From Escherichia coli (lineage in GTDB: Bacteria > Pseudomonadota > Gammaproteobacteria > Enterobacterales > Enterobacteriaceae), in NCBI RefSeq assembly GCF_003334385.1, contig NZ_QOWN01000009.1: 64,000 nucleotides of DNA. One strand, 5' to 3'. The notes below the pieces were generated by a model. It saw only the letters and a program-made list of their open reading frames with translations, was not told where the DNA came from and did not search any database. Made by a program: the position numbers and the translations under genes. Of the stretch, positions 17,470 to 31,752 are shown one piece after another. How positions within the stretch are numbered: the first letter of the stretch is position 1; each line of letters starts with the position of its first letter.

Positions 17470-19791
17470 TTAACGTTTTTTGCCCATTGCCGCCGCCAGC
17501 GCATCCATCATCGCGCTATTACCGGCAGGCTGCGCTTCACGACCGCGTGGTTTGGCTGCCGGGCGGTTGTTTTGCGGGCGTTCATTACCGCCGCCGCGAC
17601 GAGCGTTGGTTTCGCCAGGCTGCTCATCCAGGCGCATAGTCAGGGCGATACGTTTACGCTGAAGATCCACTTCCAGCACTTTCACCTTCACAATGTCGCC
17701 CGCTTTCACCACGGTATGCGGATCTTCCACAAACTTGTTCGACAATGAAGAGATGTGAACCAGGCCGTCCTGATGCACGCCAATATCGACAAACGCGCCA
17801 AAGTTGGTGACGTTGGTCACTGCGCCTTCGAGGATCATACCCGGTTGCAGGTCGTTCATTGTCTCGACGCCATCGGCAAACTGAGCGGTTTTAAATTCCG
17901 GACGCGGATCGCGACCCGGTTTTTCCAGCTCTTTGATGATGTCGGTTACCGTCGGCACACCGAATTTCTCATCAGTAAAGTCAGACGCTTTCAGGTTACG
18001 CAGTTCGCTGCTGTTACCCATCAGATCTTTCAGTGCCTGCTGTGTTGCTGCCAGAATGCGTTCCACCACCGGATAGGCTTCCGGGTGAACGGTAGACGCG
18101 TCCAGCGGGTTATCACCGTGGTTAATGCGCAAGAAGCCCGCGCACTGCTCGAAGGCTTTCGGCCCCAGACGGCTCACTTTTAACAGTTGCTGACGGTTCT
18201 GGAACTGACCGTTCTCATCGCGCCAGGCAACGATGTTTTGCGCCATCATGCGCGTCAGGCCCGCCACGCGGGTTAACAGCGGAACAGAAGCAGTGTTGAG
18301 ATCGACGCCAACGGCGTTTACGCAGTCTTCTACTACTGCGTCCAGTTTGCGGGCCAGTTGCGTCTGGCTGACGTCATGCTGATACTGACCTACGCCGATA
18401 GATTTCGGATCGATTTTCACCAGCTCCGCCAGCGGATCCTGCAAACGGCGGGCGATAGACACCGCGCCACGCAGCGAAACGTCGAGATCCGGGAACTCCT
18501 GTGCAGCCAGCTCGGAAGCCGAGTAAACCGACGCGCCTGCTTCGCTGACGATTACTTTCTGCGCGGTCACTTTCGGGAACTGCTTCTGCACATCGAGATA
18601 GAAACGCTCAGTTTCGCGGGAAGCTGTACCGTTACCGATCGCTACCAGTTCAACGTTATGTTTTTCACACAGCGCAGCAACGGTCATCGCTGCTTTTGCG
18701 GCCTGTCCGGTGTGCGGGTAAATGGTGTCGGTCGCCACCAGTTTGCCAGTGGCATCGACCACCGCCACTTTTACCCCAGTACGCAGACCCGGATCGAGGC
18801 CCATCGTTGCACGCAGTCCGGCAGGGGCCGCCATCAGCAGATCGTGCAGGTTACGGGCAAAGACGTTGATTGCTTCATCTTCCGCACGTTCGCGCACGGT
18901 GCCCATCAGTTCGGTTTCCAGATGCATCAGCACCTTGATGCGCCACGTCCAGCTCACCACGCCTTTGCGCCAGCTATCCGCCGGGGCATTGTTCAGGCGC
19001 AGGCCAAGGTGATCCATGATGATTTGCTCGCAATAGCTCTCTTTGGGCGGCTCATCGAACTGTGGATCGGCATTCAGCGAAAGCTGAAGTACGCCTTCGT
19101 TACGCCCACGGAACATCGCCAGCGCGCGGTGAGAAGGCACCGTGGACAACGGTTCGTGATGATCGAAATAGTCGCGGAATTTCGCCCCTTCCTCTTCTTT
19201 ACCGCTCACCACCGTAGAAACCAAATGCGCGTTCTTCCACAGATAATCACGCACTTTCGCCAGCAGCGCGGCATCTTCGGCAAACCGTTCCATCAGGATA
19301 TAGCGCGCGCCATCCAGCGCGGCTTTGGTATCTGCCACGCCTTTATCGGCATCAACATATTGTGCAGCGGCGACTTCTGGCGTGTGTGACGGATCGCTCC
19401 ACAGCAGGTCAGCCAACGGCTCAAGCCCTGCTTCAATGGCGATTTGCCCGCGGGTGCGGCGTTTAGGTTTGTAGGGCAGGTAGAGGTCTTCGAGTTCGGT
19501 TTTGCTTAGGGTGGCGTTGATGGCCTTCGCCAGATCATCGGTGAGTTTGCCTTGCTCGGAAATGGACTTGAGGATCGCCTGACGTCTCTCTTCCAGCTCG
19601 CGCAGATAGCTCAGACGCGTTTCCAGATTACGCAGCTGCGTGTCATCCAGACCGCCGGTGATTTCCTTACGATAACGTGCGATAAACGGCACGGTATTCC
19701 CTTCGTCAAGCAGGCGAACGGCAGCGTCAACCTGTTCCGGGCGCGCCTGAATTTCACCCGCAATAATGCGGCAGAACGAATCATTCATCAT
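17470..19791 (-). CDS. tex: Transcription accessory protein Tex (YhgF), S1 and YqgF/HhH domains
   Basis: 773-aa ORF; C-terminal S1 domain and Arg/Gly-rich tail. Confidence 0.95.
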   Translation of the reverse strand: MMNDSFCRIIAGEIQARPEQVDAAVRLLDEGNTVPFIARYRKEITGGLDDTQLRNLETRLSYLRELEERRQAILKSISEQGKLTDDLAKAINATLSKTELEDLYLPYKPKRRTRGQIAIEAGLEPLADLLWSDPSHTPEVAAAQYVDADKGVADTKAALDGARYILMERFAEDAALLAKVRDYLWKNAHLVSTVVSGKEEEGAKFRDYFDHHEPLSTVPSHRALAMFRGRNEGVLQLSLNADPQFDEPPKESYCEQIIMDHLGLRLNNAPADSWRKGVVSWTWRIKVLMHLETELMGTVRERAEDEAINVFARNLHDLLMAAPAGLRATMGLDPGLRTGVKVAVVDATGKLVATDTIYPHTGQAAKAAMTVAALCEKHNVELVAIGNGTASRETERFYLDVQKQFPKVTAQKVIVSEAGASVYSASELAAQEFPDLDVSLRGAVSIARRLQDPLAELVKIDPKSIGVGQYQHDVSQTQLARKLDAVVEDCVNAVGVDLNTASVPLLTRVAGLTRMMAQNIVAWRDENGQFQNRQQLLKVSRLGPKAFEQCAGFLRINHGDNPLDASTVHPEAYPVVERILAATQQALKDLMGNSSELRNLKASDFTDEKFGVPTVTDIIKELEKPGRDPRPEFKTAQFADGVETMNDLQPGMILEGAVTNVTNFGAFVDIGVHQDGLVHISSLSNKFVEDPHTVVKAGDIVKVKVLEVDLQRKRIALTMRLDEQPGETNARRGGGNERPQNNRPAAKPRGREAQPAGNSAMMDALAAAMGKKR

Positions 19792-19887
19792 GGTTTGAGT
19801 TCATCTTTTCGGATCAAAAATCAGGGGATAGTTATACGGACTGGCTGGCAAAAATGCCAGCCATCGGCAGGAGGTTAAGACTCTTCC

Positions 19888-20364
19888 TTACGGTTTCACG
19901 TACTCGATAGCATTAACATACCAGCTCGCTTCCCCGGCAGGGGTATTCACCACCGCCAGATCGCCGACTTCTTTTTTCAGCAATGCGCGGGCCATCGGGG
20001 AATCGATAGAGATGTAATCTTTACGGCCAAAAATTTCATCGTAGCCGACAATACGGAAACGGTGAGTCACGCCATCGTCGTTTTCAATCTCCACCCACGC
20101 GCCAAAAAAGACTTTGCCTTCCTGCTGAGGGGAGTAATCGACGATTTTGAGATTTTCCAGGCATTTAGTGAGATAGCGCACGCGACGGTCGATTTCACGC
20201 AGACGCTTTTTATTATACTGATAGTCAGCATTTTCGCTGCGGTCGCCCAGACTTGCGGCCCAGGTCACCTTTTTTGTGACCTCCGGGCGTTCTTCACGCC
20301 AGAGATAATTAAGCTCTTGTTTGAGTTTTTCATACCCTTCCCGGGTAACCAGGGGCGTTTTCAT
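19888..20364 (-). CDS. greB: Transcription elongation factor GreB
   Basis: ORF track 170 aa trimmed to MKTPLVTREGYEKLK (158 aa), the GreB N-terminus. Confidence 0.93.
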   Translation of the reverse strand: MKTPLVTREGYEKLKQELNYLWREERPEVTKKVTWAASLGDRSENADYQYNKKRLREIDRRVRYLTKCLENLKIVDYSPQQEGKVFFGAWVEIENDDGVTHRFRIVGYDEIFGRKDYISIDSPMARALLKKEVGDLAVVNTPAGEASWYVNAIEYVKP

Positions 20365-20591
20365 CTCGTTGATTCCCTTTGTCTGTTTGATAATGCGCAC
20401 ATTGGGTATAACGTGATCATATCAACAGAATCAATAATGTTTCGCCGAATAAATTGTATACTTAAGCTGCTGTTTAATATGCTTTGTAACAATTTAGGCT
20501 GAAATTCATACCAGATTTAGCTGGTGACGAACGTGAGCTTTTTTAAGAATACACGCTTACAAATTGTTGCGAACCTTTGGGAGTACAAACA

Positions 20592-22660
<2,069 letters not shown>

Positions 22661-22664
22661 ATAA

Positions 22665-22698
22665 ACGGGAGGCGAAGGTGCCTCCCGTTTTGCTTTCT
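22665..22698 (+). terminator. Intrinsic terminator after envZ (between convergent envZ and pck)
   Basis: Hairpin acgggaggcgaaggtgcctcccgt followed by tttgctttct. Confidence 0.6.
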
Positions 22699-22735
22699 AT
22701 AAGATACTGGATAGATATTCTCCAGCTTCAAATCA

Positions 22736-24358
22736 TTACAGTTTCGGACCAGCCGCTACCAGCGCGGCACCCGCAGGGGTGTCGGTGTATTTATCGAAGT
22801 TGTCGATAAACAGTTTCGCCAGGGTTTCGGCTTTTTCCTGCCACTGTTCCGGAGAAGCGTAGGTGTTACGCGGATCGAGAATCTTCGTGTCTACGCCCGG
22901 CAGTTCGGTTGGGATCGCCAGGTTAAACATCGGCAGAGTGAAGGTTTCTGCATTATCCAGCGAACCGTTGAGGATGGCGTCGATAATGGCGCGGGTATCT
23001 TTAATCGAGATACGTTTGCCAGTGCCGTTCCAGCCAGTGTTAACCAGATAAGCCTGCGCGCCCGCCGCCTGCATACGTTTCACCAGCACTTCTGCGTACT
23101 GAGTCGGGTGCAGCGACAGGAATGCCGCGCCGAAGCAAGCGGAGAAGGTTGGCGTCGGTTCGGTGATGCCACGCTCAGTACCGGCCAGTTTGGCGGTGAA
23201 GCCAGAGAGGAAGTGATACTGGGTTTGATCGGCAGTCAGGCGAGAAACCGGCGGCAACACGCCGAAAGCATCAGCAGTCAGGAAGATAACCTTAGTCGCG
23301 TGGCCCGCTTTGGAAACCGGCTTAACAATGTTATCGATGTGATAGATCGGATAAGAAACGCGGGTGTTCTCGGTTTTTGAACCATCATCAAAGTCGATAG
23401 TGCCATCTTCACGCACGGTGACGTTTTCCAGCAACGCATCACGACGGATAGCGTTGTAGATTTCAGGTTCCGCTTCTTTCGACAGCTTGATAGTTTTTGC
23501 GTAGCAGCCGCCTTCGAAGTTAAACACGCCGTCATCGTCCCAGCCGTGTTCGTCATCGCCAATCAGGCGACGTTTCGGGTCGGTGGAAAGGGTGGTTTTA
23601 CCGGTGCCGGAAAGGCCGAAGAACACCGCAACATCGCCTTTCTCACCAACGTTGGCGGAGCAGTGCATAGAAGCGATACCTTTCAGCGGCAGCAGGTAGT
23701 TCATCATCGAGAACATCCCTTTCTTCATTTCGCCGCCGTACCAGGTGCCGCCAATCAGCTGCATGCGCTCGGTCAGGTTAAACGCCACGAAGTTTTCGGA
23801 GTTGAGACCCTGTTCTTTCCACTGCGGGTTAGTGCACTTCGCGCCGTTCATAACGATAAAGTCTGGTTTGAAACCTGCCAGTTCTTCATCGCTCGGGCGA
23901 ATAAACATGTTTTTGACAAAATGCGCCTGCCAGGCCACTTCGGTGATGAAACGGACGGAAAGACGAGTATCCGGGTTCGCACCACAGAAAGCGTCGACAA
24001 CGAACAGACGTTTGCCGGAAAGCTGCCTGGTCACCAGGCCTTTCAGATGCTGCCAGGTTTCCGGAGAGAGAGGTTTGTTGTCGTTCTTACCTTTGCCTTT
24101 GTCTGCCCACCAGAAAGTATCGCGAGTGGTATCGTCACGGACGATATACTTATCTTTTGGTGAACGACCGGTGAAGATCCCGGTATCGACGGCAACGGCA
24201 CCCAGATTAGTTAACACCCCGCGCTCATAACCTGTCAGGCTCGGATCGAGCTCTTCCTGATACAGCAGGTCGTAGCTTGGGTTGTAAACGATATCATGTA
24301 CGTCACTGATACCATAAGCCTCGAGTTCTTGCGGGGTCAAACCATTGTTAACGCGCAT
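22736..24358 (-). CDS. pck: Phosphoenolpyruvate carboxykinase (ATP)
   Basis: ORF track 563 aa trimmed to [16 protein letters not shown] (540 aa); kinase P-loop GLSGTGKTT. Confidence 0.95.
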   Translation of the reverse strand: MRVNNGLTPQELEAYGISDVHDIVYNPSYDLLYQEELDPSLTGYERGVLTNLGAVAVDTGIFTGRSPKDKYIVRDDTTRDTFWWADKGKGKNDNKPLSPETWQHLKGLVTRQLSGKRLFVVDAFCGANPDTRLSVRFITEVAWQAHFVKNMFIRPSDEELAGFKPDFIVMNGAKCTNPQWKEQGLNSENFVAFNLTERMQLIGGTWYGGEMKKGMFSMMNYLLPLKGIASMHCSANVGEKGDVAVFFGLSGTGKTTLSTDPKRRLIGDDEHGWDDDGVFNFEGGCYAKTIKLSKEAEPEIYNAIRRDALLENVTVREDGTIDFDDGSKTENTRVSYPIYHIDNIVKPVSKAGHATKVIFLTADAFGVLPPVSRLTADQTQYHFLSGFTAKLAGTERGITEPTPTFSACFGAAFLSLHPTQYAEVLVKRMQAAGAQAYLVNTGWNGTGKRISIKDTRAIIDAILNGSLDNAETFTLPMFNLAIPTELPGVDTKILDPRNTYASPEQWQEKAETLAKLFIDNFDKYTDTPAGAALVAAGPKL

Positions 24359-24736
24359 TTCACTGCTCCTTAGCCAATATGTATTGCCTGAATAGTAAAG
24401 TCTTTTTGGGGGTGTTAACCGCGACAAGGCTCATAGATTTACGTATCTGGAGAAATTCATATTTGACAAAAAACTCCGTGATTCCTGTCACGAAACGGTT
24501 GCTATTATCGCAGAAATAGCATTTTAGGTGTGGAAAATGTTCTCAAAAGGTTAAATCTTGGTTTATATGGCGGGAATATTGTGAGTGGAATCGCATTCCT
24601 GAATGAAATTGATGCAAATTCAACCGGTAAAGTATCGATTCACCACGCTAACTTTTTTTGATTATTTTCTGAAAAAAGCAAAATACTACTGCCCGGATGC
24701 GATAATTAACCCACCTTTTGATTCTGGATAACCAAC

Positions 24737-26461
24737 ATGGATAACGTTGAACTTTCACCCGCAACACGCTGGGGGATGATTGCTACCGGATTACTTCAGG
24801 GTCTGGTTTGCTACCTGCTGATCGCCTGGCTTTCCGGAAAAAATCACAGTTGGATTGTTTATGGCGTGCCTGCGACCGTCGCGTTTTCATCCGTTTTACT
24901 CTTCTCCGTGATCTCTTTTAAACAGAAGCGCCTTTGGGGATGGCTGGCGCTAGTGTTTATTGCCACGCTGGGGATGAGCGGCTGGCTGAAGTGGCAAACT
25001 GATGGCATGAACCCCTGGAGAGCTGAAAAGGCGCTTTGGGATTTTGGTTGCTATCTGCTGTTGATGGCAATGTTGTTGCTACCGTGGATACAACAAAGCC
25101 TTCGCATCCGCAATGACAGTAGCCGCTATCGCTATTTTTACCAGTCAGTATGGCATAACGTACTTATATTACTGGTGATTTTTCTCGCCAATGGCTTGAC
25201 GTGGCTGGTGCTTTTACTGTGGAGTGAGTTGTTTAAACTTGTTGGCATCACGTTTTTCAATACGCTCTTTTTTGCAACCGACTGGTTTATTTATCTCACG
25301 TTAGGTCTGGTTACCGCGCTGGCGGTGATCCTCGCGCGAACACAGTCACGTTTAATCGACTCTATTCAAAAGTTGTTCACGTTAATCGCCACGGGGTTGC
25401 TGCCGTTAGTATCATTGCTAACCCTGATGTTTATCATCACCCTGCCGTTTACGGGCCTGAGCGCGATTTCTCGCCACATCTCCGCCGCCGGGTTGCTGTT
25501 GACGCTGGCCTTTTTGCAATTGATCTTAATGGCTATTGTCCGCGATCCGCAAAAAGCGTCACTTCCCTGGACAGGGCCGTTGCGTTGCCTGATTAAAACC
25601 GCTTTGCTGGTTGCTCCGCTGTATGTGTTCGTCGCCGCCTGGGCGTTATGGCTGCGGGTCGCTCAGTACGGCTGGACTGTCGACCGCTTGCAGGGCGTGC
25701 TGGCGGTGCTGGTGTTACTGGTGTGGTCGCTGGGGTATTTTGTCAGCATCGTCTGGCGTAAAGGGCAAAATCCCGTTGTTCTTCAGGGCAAAGTGAACCT
25801 TGCGGTTTCGTTATTGGTGTTGGTGATACTGGTGCTTCTTAATTCGCCGGTGCTGGACAGTATGCGCATTAGCGTGAACAGCCATATGGCGCGTTATCAG
25901 AGCGGCAAAAACACGTCAGACCAGGTAACTATCTACATGCTCGAGCAGAGCGGTCGCTATGGACGTGCTGCGCTTGAGTCGCTGAAAAGCGATGCCGGGT
26001 TTATGAAAGACCCGAAACGCGCGCGGGATCTGCTGATGGCGTTAGATGGAGAGCAACATCTTCAGCAACAGGTATCGGAAAAAGTATTAGCCGATAATGT
26101 GTTAATTGCCCCTGGTTCTGTTAAACCTGATGCGACATTCTGGTCGGCCTTAATCCAGGATCGCTATAACGTGATGACCTGTATTGAAAAAGACGCCTGC
26201 GTCCTGGTCGAGCAAGATCTGAATAGTGATGGTCAGGCGGAGCGGATCCTGTTTGCTTTTAATGATGACAGAGTCATTGTCTATGGCTTTGACTCAGACA
26301 GAAAAGAATGGGACGCGCTTGATATGAGTTTACTTCCGAACGAAATAACGAAAGAAAAATTACTCACAGCTGCGAAGGATGGAAAACTGGGGACGAAGCC
26401 TAAAGCGTGGCGCGATCTTGTAGTGGATGGTGAAAGGCTGAATGTGAATCTGAATGAGTGA
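24737..26461 (+). CDS. yhgE: Inner-membrane protein YhgE (function unknown)
   Basis: 574-aa ORF with many hydrophobic segments in the N-terminal two-thirds; recognised as YhgE. Confidence 0.85.
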
Positions 26462-26492
26462 CAAAGCGCATCAGGTGTATTAGTCGTAAAAT

Positions 26493-26513
26493 CCGGCAGA
26501 GCCCTCTCTGCCG
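26493..26513. terminator. Palindromic hairpin between convergent yhgE and hslO (possible bidirectional terminator)
   Basis: Perfect inverted repeat ccggcagag-ccc-ctctgccgg; flanking U-tracts are weak. Confidence 0.35.
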
Positions 26514-26523
26514 GACATACTCA

Positions 26524-27402
26524 TTAATGAACTTGCGGATCTGCCGGAGACGCGTTGTTGCGGATTTCAGCAATATCCATCGCATTGAACAGATAGTGGT
26601 TACCGCAGTAATCACAATGCATGTCAATTTCGCCATCTTCCGCCAGGATGCTATCAACTTCTTCATCAGGCAGCGTTTTCAGCGCATCGGCGCAACGTTC
26701 ACGCGAGCAGGTGCATTTGAACTCCACATCCTGCGGATCGTAAACCGTCACCTCTTCTTCGTGATACAAACGCCACAACACTTCGTTTGCCGGTAAGGTC
26801 AGCAGTTCTTCGGTTTTGATGGTTTCGGTTAGCGTCGCCAGGTGGTCAAAGTCGTCCTGCTGGGCATTTTGCGCAGGCATTACCTGCAACAACATACCGC
26901 CTGCAGCCGGTTTGCCGTCTACGTCGCCGGTGCGAATAAACAGGCGCGTCGGCAGCTGTTCAGAACGCATAAAGTAATCTTCCAGGCAGGCCGCCAGGGT
27001 ATCACCTTCCAGACCAACTACGCCCTGATAGCGTTCGCCTTCGCTCGGGGTAATGGTGATCACCACGTAACCATTGCCGACCAGCGTTTTCAGGTCGGCA
27101 TTTTCTGGAATTTCGCCCTGCACGCGCGCCACACCGCGCATCTGCTGGTTATTGTTACCGTTAATAACCGCCAGATTCATCGGACCGTCGCCCTGCAGCT
27201 GTACGGTGATATCACCATCAAACTTCAGCGTAGCGGTTAACAGGCTGGTCGCAACCAGCAGTTCTGCCAGCACGTTTTTAACGGGCTGCGGATAATCGTG
27301 GTTCTCAAGGATCTGTTGCAGGGTTTCCGAAACGGTTACCAGTTCGCCGCGCACGGCAAAGTTTTCAAACAGATAGCGATGTAATTGGTCATGTTGCGGC
27401 AT
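26524..27402 (-). CDS. hslO: Redox-regulated chaperone Hsp33
   Basis: 292 aa from [15 protein letters not shown]; C-terminal zinc centre CTCSRERC...CDYCG. Confidence 0.95.
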   Translation of the reverse strand: MPQHDQLHRYLFENFAVRGELVTVSETLQQILENHDYPQPVKNVLAELLVATSLLTATLKFDGDITVQLQGDGPMNLAVINGNNNQQMRGVARVQGEIPENADLKTLVGNGYVVITITPSEGERYQGVVGLEGDTLAACLEDYFMRSEQLPTRLFIRTGDVDGKPAAGGMLLQVMPAQNAQQDDFDHLATLTETIKTEELLTLPANEVLWRLYHEEEVTVYDPQDVEFKCTCSRERCADALKTLPDEEVDSILAEDGEIDMHCDYCGNHYLFNAMDIAEIRNNASPADPQVH

Positions 27403-27426
27403 AATCATCTCTCTTGCAGGTGACAG

Positions 27427-27828
27427 TTATTCACTGTCGCCGTGTTTAAATCGTAACAGGTCGCGGCGCTCTTTTTTGTCCGGGCGTCGGTCCGGGTGCG
27501 GCATGGTTAAGGCATTAAGTTTACGTGCCAGCGCCATTTTTTCGCGTTTCTCTACACTTTCCGCAGTCTCTTCATACAGCAAGGCTGCCTCGCTGGCGGG
27601 GCGACGCTGTTCAGTAATCGCCTTTACAATCACCGTGCGTTCGTCATTTCCCTGGCGCAGAGTGAGCGTGGCATTCAGCTCGACGATTTTGCTCGGCTTG
27701 CTGCGCTGCCCGTTGTAATGCACCTTACCGCCTTCAATCATTTCACGGGCCAGCGCGCGGGTTTTATAAAAACGGGCAGCCCATAGCCATTTATCCAGTC
27801 GAACCTCAACAGCAGGTTTCTCTTTCAT
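27427..27828 (-). CDS. hslR: Heat shock protein Hsp15 (S4-domain, ribosome-associated)
   Basis: 133-aa basic ORF directly upstream of hslO. Confidence 0.93.
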   Translation of the reverse strand: MKEKPAVEVRLDKWLWAARFYKTRALAREMIEGGKVHYNGQRSKPSKIVELNATLTLRQGNDERTVIVKAITEQRRPASEAALLYEETAESVEKREKMALARKLNALTMPHPDRRPDKKERRDLLRFKHGDSE

Positions 27829-27838
27829 GGCGTCTCCT

Positions 27839-28507
27839 TCACATTAGCGAGGGGATCAGGCGGCGGTAGTCATTCAGTGACGGATGGCGTTGATACTGTT
27901 TCTCGGCAATCCCGGAATCAGGATTAGTCACGCCGAGGCAGTAACGAATACCAAATTGCGCGGCAGCATCGAGAATCGCTTCGCTGTCATCAATAAACAG
28001 CGTTCTTTCAGCTTTCAGACCCGTAGCTTCGGCCACCGCATGCCATAACCGCTGATCCTCTTTCGGATAACCAAATGTGTGGGTGGAAAGTAATAAATCA
28101 AGGTGTGCGTCCAGACCGGTATGCTCAAGTTTTACCGCCAGGTTGTGCGGATGCGCATTGGTGAGCAAAATTCGCTGCTTACCGCTGGCTTTCAGTGCCT
28201 CAAGAAACGGAATGGTATCTTCACGCAGTACGGCACGCGGTCCCATCTCGGTGGTCATCGCACAGATATCCAGACCCAGTTGCTCACTCCAGTAATCAAG
28301 ACAGTACCAGTTTAGCGTATGCTGTACGTCGTGATATTGCTGGCGCATATATTCCATCGCTTCCTGTGGCGTAACCCCGTTTTTCGCGCCCCATGTTTCA
28401 GGCACCAGCTTTTGCCAGAAATAGTTATCGAAGGCGAGGTCGAGCAACGTGCCGTCCATATCCAGCAGAACGGTATCTACGTCCTGCCAGGCAATGTTGA
28501 TATGCAT
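27839..28507 (-). CDS. yrfG: HAD-superfamily nucleotidase YrfG
   Basis: ORF track 237 aa trimmed to MHINIAWQDVDTVLLDMDGTL (222 aa); HAD motif I DMDGTL. Confidence 0.9.
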   Translation of the reverse strand: MHINIAWQDVDTVLLDMDGTLLDLAFDNYFWQKLVPETWGAKNGVTPQEAMEYMRQQYHDVQHTLNWYCLDYWSEQLGLDICAMTTEMGPRAVLREDTIPFLEALKASGKQRILLTNAHPHNLAVKLEHTGLDAHLDLLLSTHTFGYPKEDQRLWHAVAEATGLKAERTLFIDDSEAILDAAAQFGIRYCLGVTNPDSGIAEKQYQRHPSLNDYRRLIPSLM

Positions 28508-28571
28508 GAGGGAAATCTCCAGAGTGAAGCAATTTGCGCGACAGGGTAGCATAACCTGCCGCGCAAACGTG

Positions 28572-30707
28572 TTATTCGATAAGGCTTTCTGAAGGGGTGA
28601 TCAGTTGCGGGTTCAGGCAGCTTTCATAATAGGCCTGAATCTCCATCATGCGAGTGCGATGACGCTGGTAACGACGCCAGGCCTGTACGCCATTGTAAAT
28701 GGCGCTACCCAGCATCGTCAGTAGCAGCAATGTGGTGCTGAGATAGCGCCACAGGCCGGAACGATCCGGGATCGGATGAAGGCCAATATGCTGCGTACCA
28801 TTGGCGTCAGTGAAGATTTTTGTGACGATACCCTCGGCGTTAAACGGCGTATGCATCAGCATTTGTGCCAGTTTCTGGAAAGCGTTCCACTGTTCTTGCG
28901 GCTGGTAGTCGTAAAGTGATGCCGAAGGCCAGGGCTGATCAACAAAATCGCTGCCTTCGTCGCTGACAATCAGGAATCCGCCGGGGGCCGGACTGTTTAG
29001 TGATTGTGCCGCTCGCGCCGTTTCATGCGTGATAAACGGCGCGGTGGAGGTTGCCACCAGGTTATCCAGCGATTCCGCACTCACCGGGCGTAATAACACA
29101 TTCACGCCATCGAGCTTCCCGGCGTTGGCGCGTTTTACCAGCGCGTCCCAGTCTTTACTGTTGCCGAGATTGACCAGCGCATTTTTCAGTCGCACACAGT
29201 CATCTTTGGCAGAACATAAATCCGCTGTCTTCAGTACAATGTCGCCAAAATCATCAAGCAATACCATGCCGGATTTTTGAATTGCTGAACGTAATGAGGC
29301 ACTGACGCGAGATTCATCTTCCGGTTTAGGGTGCAGCTGGCGATTAACTGCTTCAGTCAATGCCGTCGCTTTGTTGACCAGTTCAGATTCTGGTGATGGC
29401 AATGAGCGGGCGTCGTTCCAGATGATCTGCGAGCAGTCAAACGGTAAAAAAGGTGAATTGGTTTTCGCGCTCCAGGTTCCGGAAGTTCGAATATTACACA
29501 TTCCCGTACCGCTAATACGCAATGTATCGCCTACCCGCACGCCAGCGTCAGCCAGTTGTTTTACGCTGGTGGCTTCAATGGTCTGCGCGCCTTTCATCCA
29601 TGAGAGAGTGAATTTCAGCGGCATATCCAGCGGGATCCAGAATAACAGCATAAACAGCACCAGCAGCGAGCCCGCAGCGATAATCGTACTGCGCAGCCAG
29701 TGCTGTAACGGAAAGTTTTTTACTTCATCATGCAGCGAAAGATATCGTCCCTGACGCACTACATGGCGGTCGAGATAGATATCGATATCGGTTTGTTGAC
29801 CGAGATCCTGAGCAATGTATGGCTGCCAGTGTGCGGGATAGACCAGGTCGATAATACCGAGTGAAATATTGTTGATCTGTTCCTGATCGTTTTCGCCAAA
29901 CAATCCCCAACGACGGGGTGTACCGCGCAGACAATGAATTTCCCGCAGGGAGGATTTTGCCGGGGGCGCGAATAGCCCCCACAGACCTGCGCCCAGCAGC
30001 AGTAACGCGCCGCCTGCCAGCCACGGAACAAATACATCCGGGGTAATCAGGCAGAAAAAGAACATCAGGAAGGAGGCGACGATCAGCAACGCTTCACGCA
30101 GCCCGCGCGGACGACTCAGCGCATATTCTTCATGCGTTTCTTTGCGAATATTGAGTAGCTCGATTTGCTCACTCTCTTCCCCGCGAATCGACGCCTGCGT
30201 TGACGGAACAGGTTGCAAGGCATAGCTGCGAGTTTCCTGCATGTACTCCTGCAGCGTATGACCGTTGAGTGAAATAACCAGCGGCAGCGAATCGGTATGA
30301 ATCAGTTCAACGGTATTCTCATCGTTGATGTACTGTTCCCAGAAAGGGGGCAGGTGGACTTCTACCGAATCGAGGTAGTAACGCCATTTATTCGGATCGT
30401 CGGTAGAGATGCCGTAACGCGTGATAGCGTGTGTCAGCATCATGACGTTGTTGCTTTCGGCATTCAGCGCCAGAGAGATCGGTGCCGCGCTGGCTCCCGT
30501 TGGGCCAGGCACCTGTAATACCTGCGTCAGGCTCTCAAGATAATTTTCAACGGCGCTACGTTCTTCAGGTGTGAGTTTACGCGTTTGCGCATCCGCGAAG
30601 GCGTTGGTCCAGGGCAGCTGACGCCGTCTGGATCGCACTTTTATCAGCCATCCCGCAAGTAGTGAGCAGGCCAGCAAAGCAGCTAAAAAAATCACAATGG
30701 TGCTCAT
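28572..30707 (-). CDS. igaA: Rcs-system attenuator IgaA (YrfF), inner membrane protein
   Basis: 711-aa ORF with N-terminal and internal TM segments; recognised as IgaA/YrfF. Confidence 0.93.
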   Translation of the reverse strand: MSTIVIFLAALLACSLLAGWLIKVRSRRRQLPWTNAFADAQTRKLTPEERSAVENYLESLTQVLQVPGPTGASAAPISLALNAESNNVMMLTHAITRYGISTDDPNKWRYYLDSVEVHLPPFWEQYINDENTVELIHTDSLPLVISLNGHTLQEYMQETRSYALQPVPSTQASIRGEESEQIELLNIRKETHEEYALSRPRGLREALLIVASFLMFFFCLITPDVFVPWLAGGALLLLGAGLWGLFAPPAKSSLREIHCLRGTPRRWGLFGENDQEQINNISLGIIDLVYPAHWQPYIAQDLGQQTDIDIYLDRHVVRQGRYLSLHDEVKNFPLQHWLRSTIIAAGSLLVLFMLLFWIPLDMPLKFTLSWMKGAQTIEATSVKQLADAGVRVGDTLRISGTGMCNIRTSGTWSAKTNSPFLPFDCSQIIWNDARSLPSPESELVNKATALTEAVNRQLHPKPEDESRVSASLRSAIQKSGMVLLDDFGDIVLKTADLCSAKDDCVRLKNALVNLGNSKDWDALVKRANAGKLDGVNVLLRPVSAESLDNLVATSTAPFITHETARAAQSLNSPAPGGFLIVSDEGSDFVDQPWPSASLYDYQPQEQWNAFQKLAQMLMHTPFNAEGIVTKIFTDANGTQHIGLHPIPDRSGLWRYLSTTLLLLTMLGSAIYNGVQAWRRYQRHRTRMMEIQAYYESCLNPQLITPSESLIE

Positions 30708-31026
30708 GCTTTCCCCATCTTACTTAGTCTGTCAGGCGTGGTCAGTCGCACCGGACACAATACATGATTCTGCGGTTGGCTATCGGCAAGCGTGGAGTTT
30801 AACTTGAGCATCATTAAGCACATCACAGTAACCGCTGATCATAGCAAACCCTCTGAAGGCGGAATATCAGCAAATTCCTGGAGTTATTTCAACCTATTGA
30901 CTTTTAATTTGATTTGAGGACGATTATTTATTAAGTTACATAAATGTAAATAACATGCAATTCACATTGCCGAAAGCGTGTCCGATATCGCACAATAACC
31001 GCTGATTTCACAGCATAGATCCCACG

Positions 31027-31587
31027 ATGAGCAAATCATTACAAAAACCCACCATTCTGAATGTTGAAACTGTAGCCCGTTCCCGACTGTTTACCGTCGA
31101 GAGCGTGGATCTGGAGTTCAGCAATGGCGTGCGGCGTGTTTATGAACGAATGCGTCCAACCAACCGGGAAGCAGTGATGATTGTGCCGATTGTGGACGAT
31201 CACCTGATCCTGATCCGCGAATACGCAGTGGGAACTGAATCCTACGAATTAGGTTTTTCGAAAGGATTAATTGATCCGGGTGAAAGCGTCTACGAAGCCG
31301 CTAACCGCGAGCTAAAAGAAGAGGTTGGATTTGGAGCGAACGATCTGACTTTTTTGAAGAAGCTCAGCATGGCACCGTCTTACTTTTCCAGCAAAATGAA
31401 TATCGTGGTAGCGCAAGATCTCTACCCGGAATCACTGGAAGGCGATGAGCCAGAGCCGCTACCACAGGTGCGCTGGCCGCTGGCGCATATGATGGATTTG
31501 CTGGAAGACCCTGACTTCAATGAAGCGCGCAATGTCAGTGCGCTGTTCCTCGTGCGCGAATGGTTGAAAGGGCAGGGGCGAGTGTAA
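31027..31587 (+). CDS. nudE: ADP-sugar diphosphatase NudE (Nudix hydrolase)
   Basis: 186 aa; Nudix-box-like segment GLIDPGESVYEAANRELKEEVG. Confidence 0.93.
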   Translation: MSKSLQKPTILNVETVARSRLFTVESVDLEFSNGVRRVYERMRPTNREAVMIVPIVDDHLILIREYAVGTESYELGFSKGLIDPGESVYEAANRELKEEVGFGANDLTFLKKLSMAPSYFSSKMNIVVAQDLYPESLEGDEPEPLPQVRWPLAHMMDLLEDPDFNEARNVSALFLVREWLKGQGRV

Positions 31588-31668
31588 ATGCGTGAAGTTT
31601 GCCTGATGCACAATGTTTATCAGGCTTATGGGGTTTCTGCAATTTATTGAGTTTTCACGATTTTGTTA

Positions 31669-31700
31669 GCCGGATAACGCGTTCACGCCGTATCCGGCAT
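31669..31700. repeat. REP element between nudE and mrcA
   Basis: gccggataacgcgttcacgccgtatccggcat. Confidence 0.75.
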
Positions 31701-31726
31701 AAACAAGTGCACTTTGTCAGCAAACT

Positions 31727-31750
31727 GAAAAGGCGCCGAAGCGCCTTTTT
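31727..31750. terminator. Bidirectional intrinsic terminator between convergent nudE and mrcA
   Basis: aaaa-ggcgccgaagcgcc-ttttt: GC stem flanked by A- and T-tracts. Confidence 0.65.
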
Positions 31751-31752
31751 AA

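Noticed and set aside
19841-19862. Hairpin ggctggca-aaaa-tgccagcc between greB and tex as an intrinsic terminator.
   Set aside because: No adjacent U-tract on either strand; more likely part of the tex promoter/leader or a weak attenuator, so it is not annotated.
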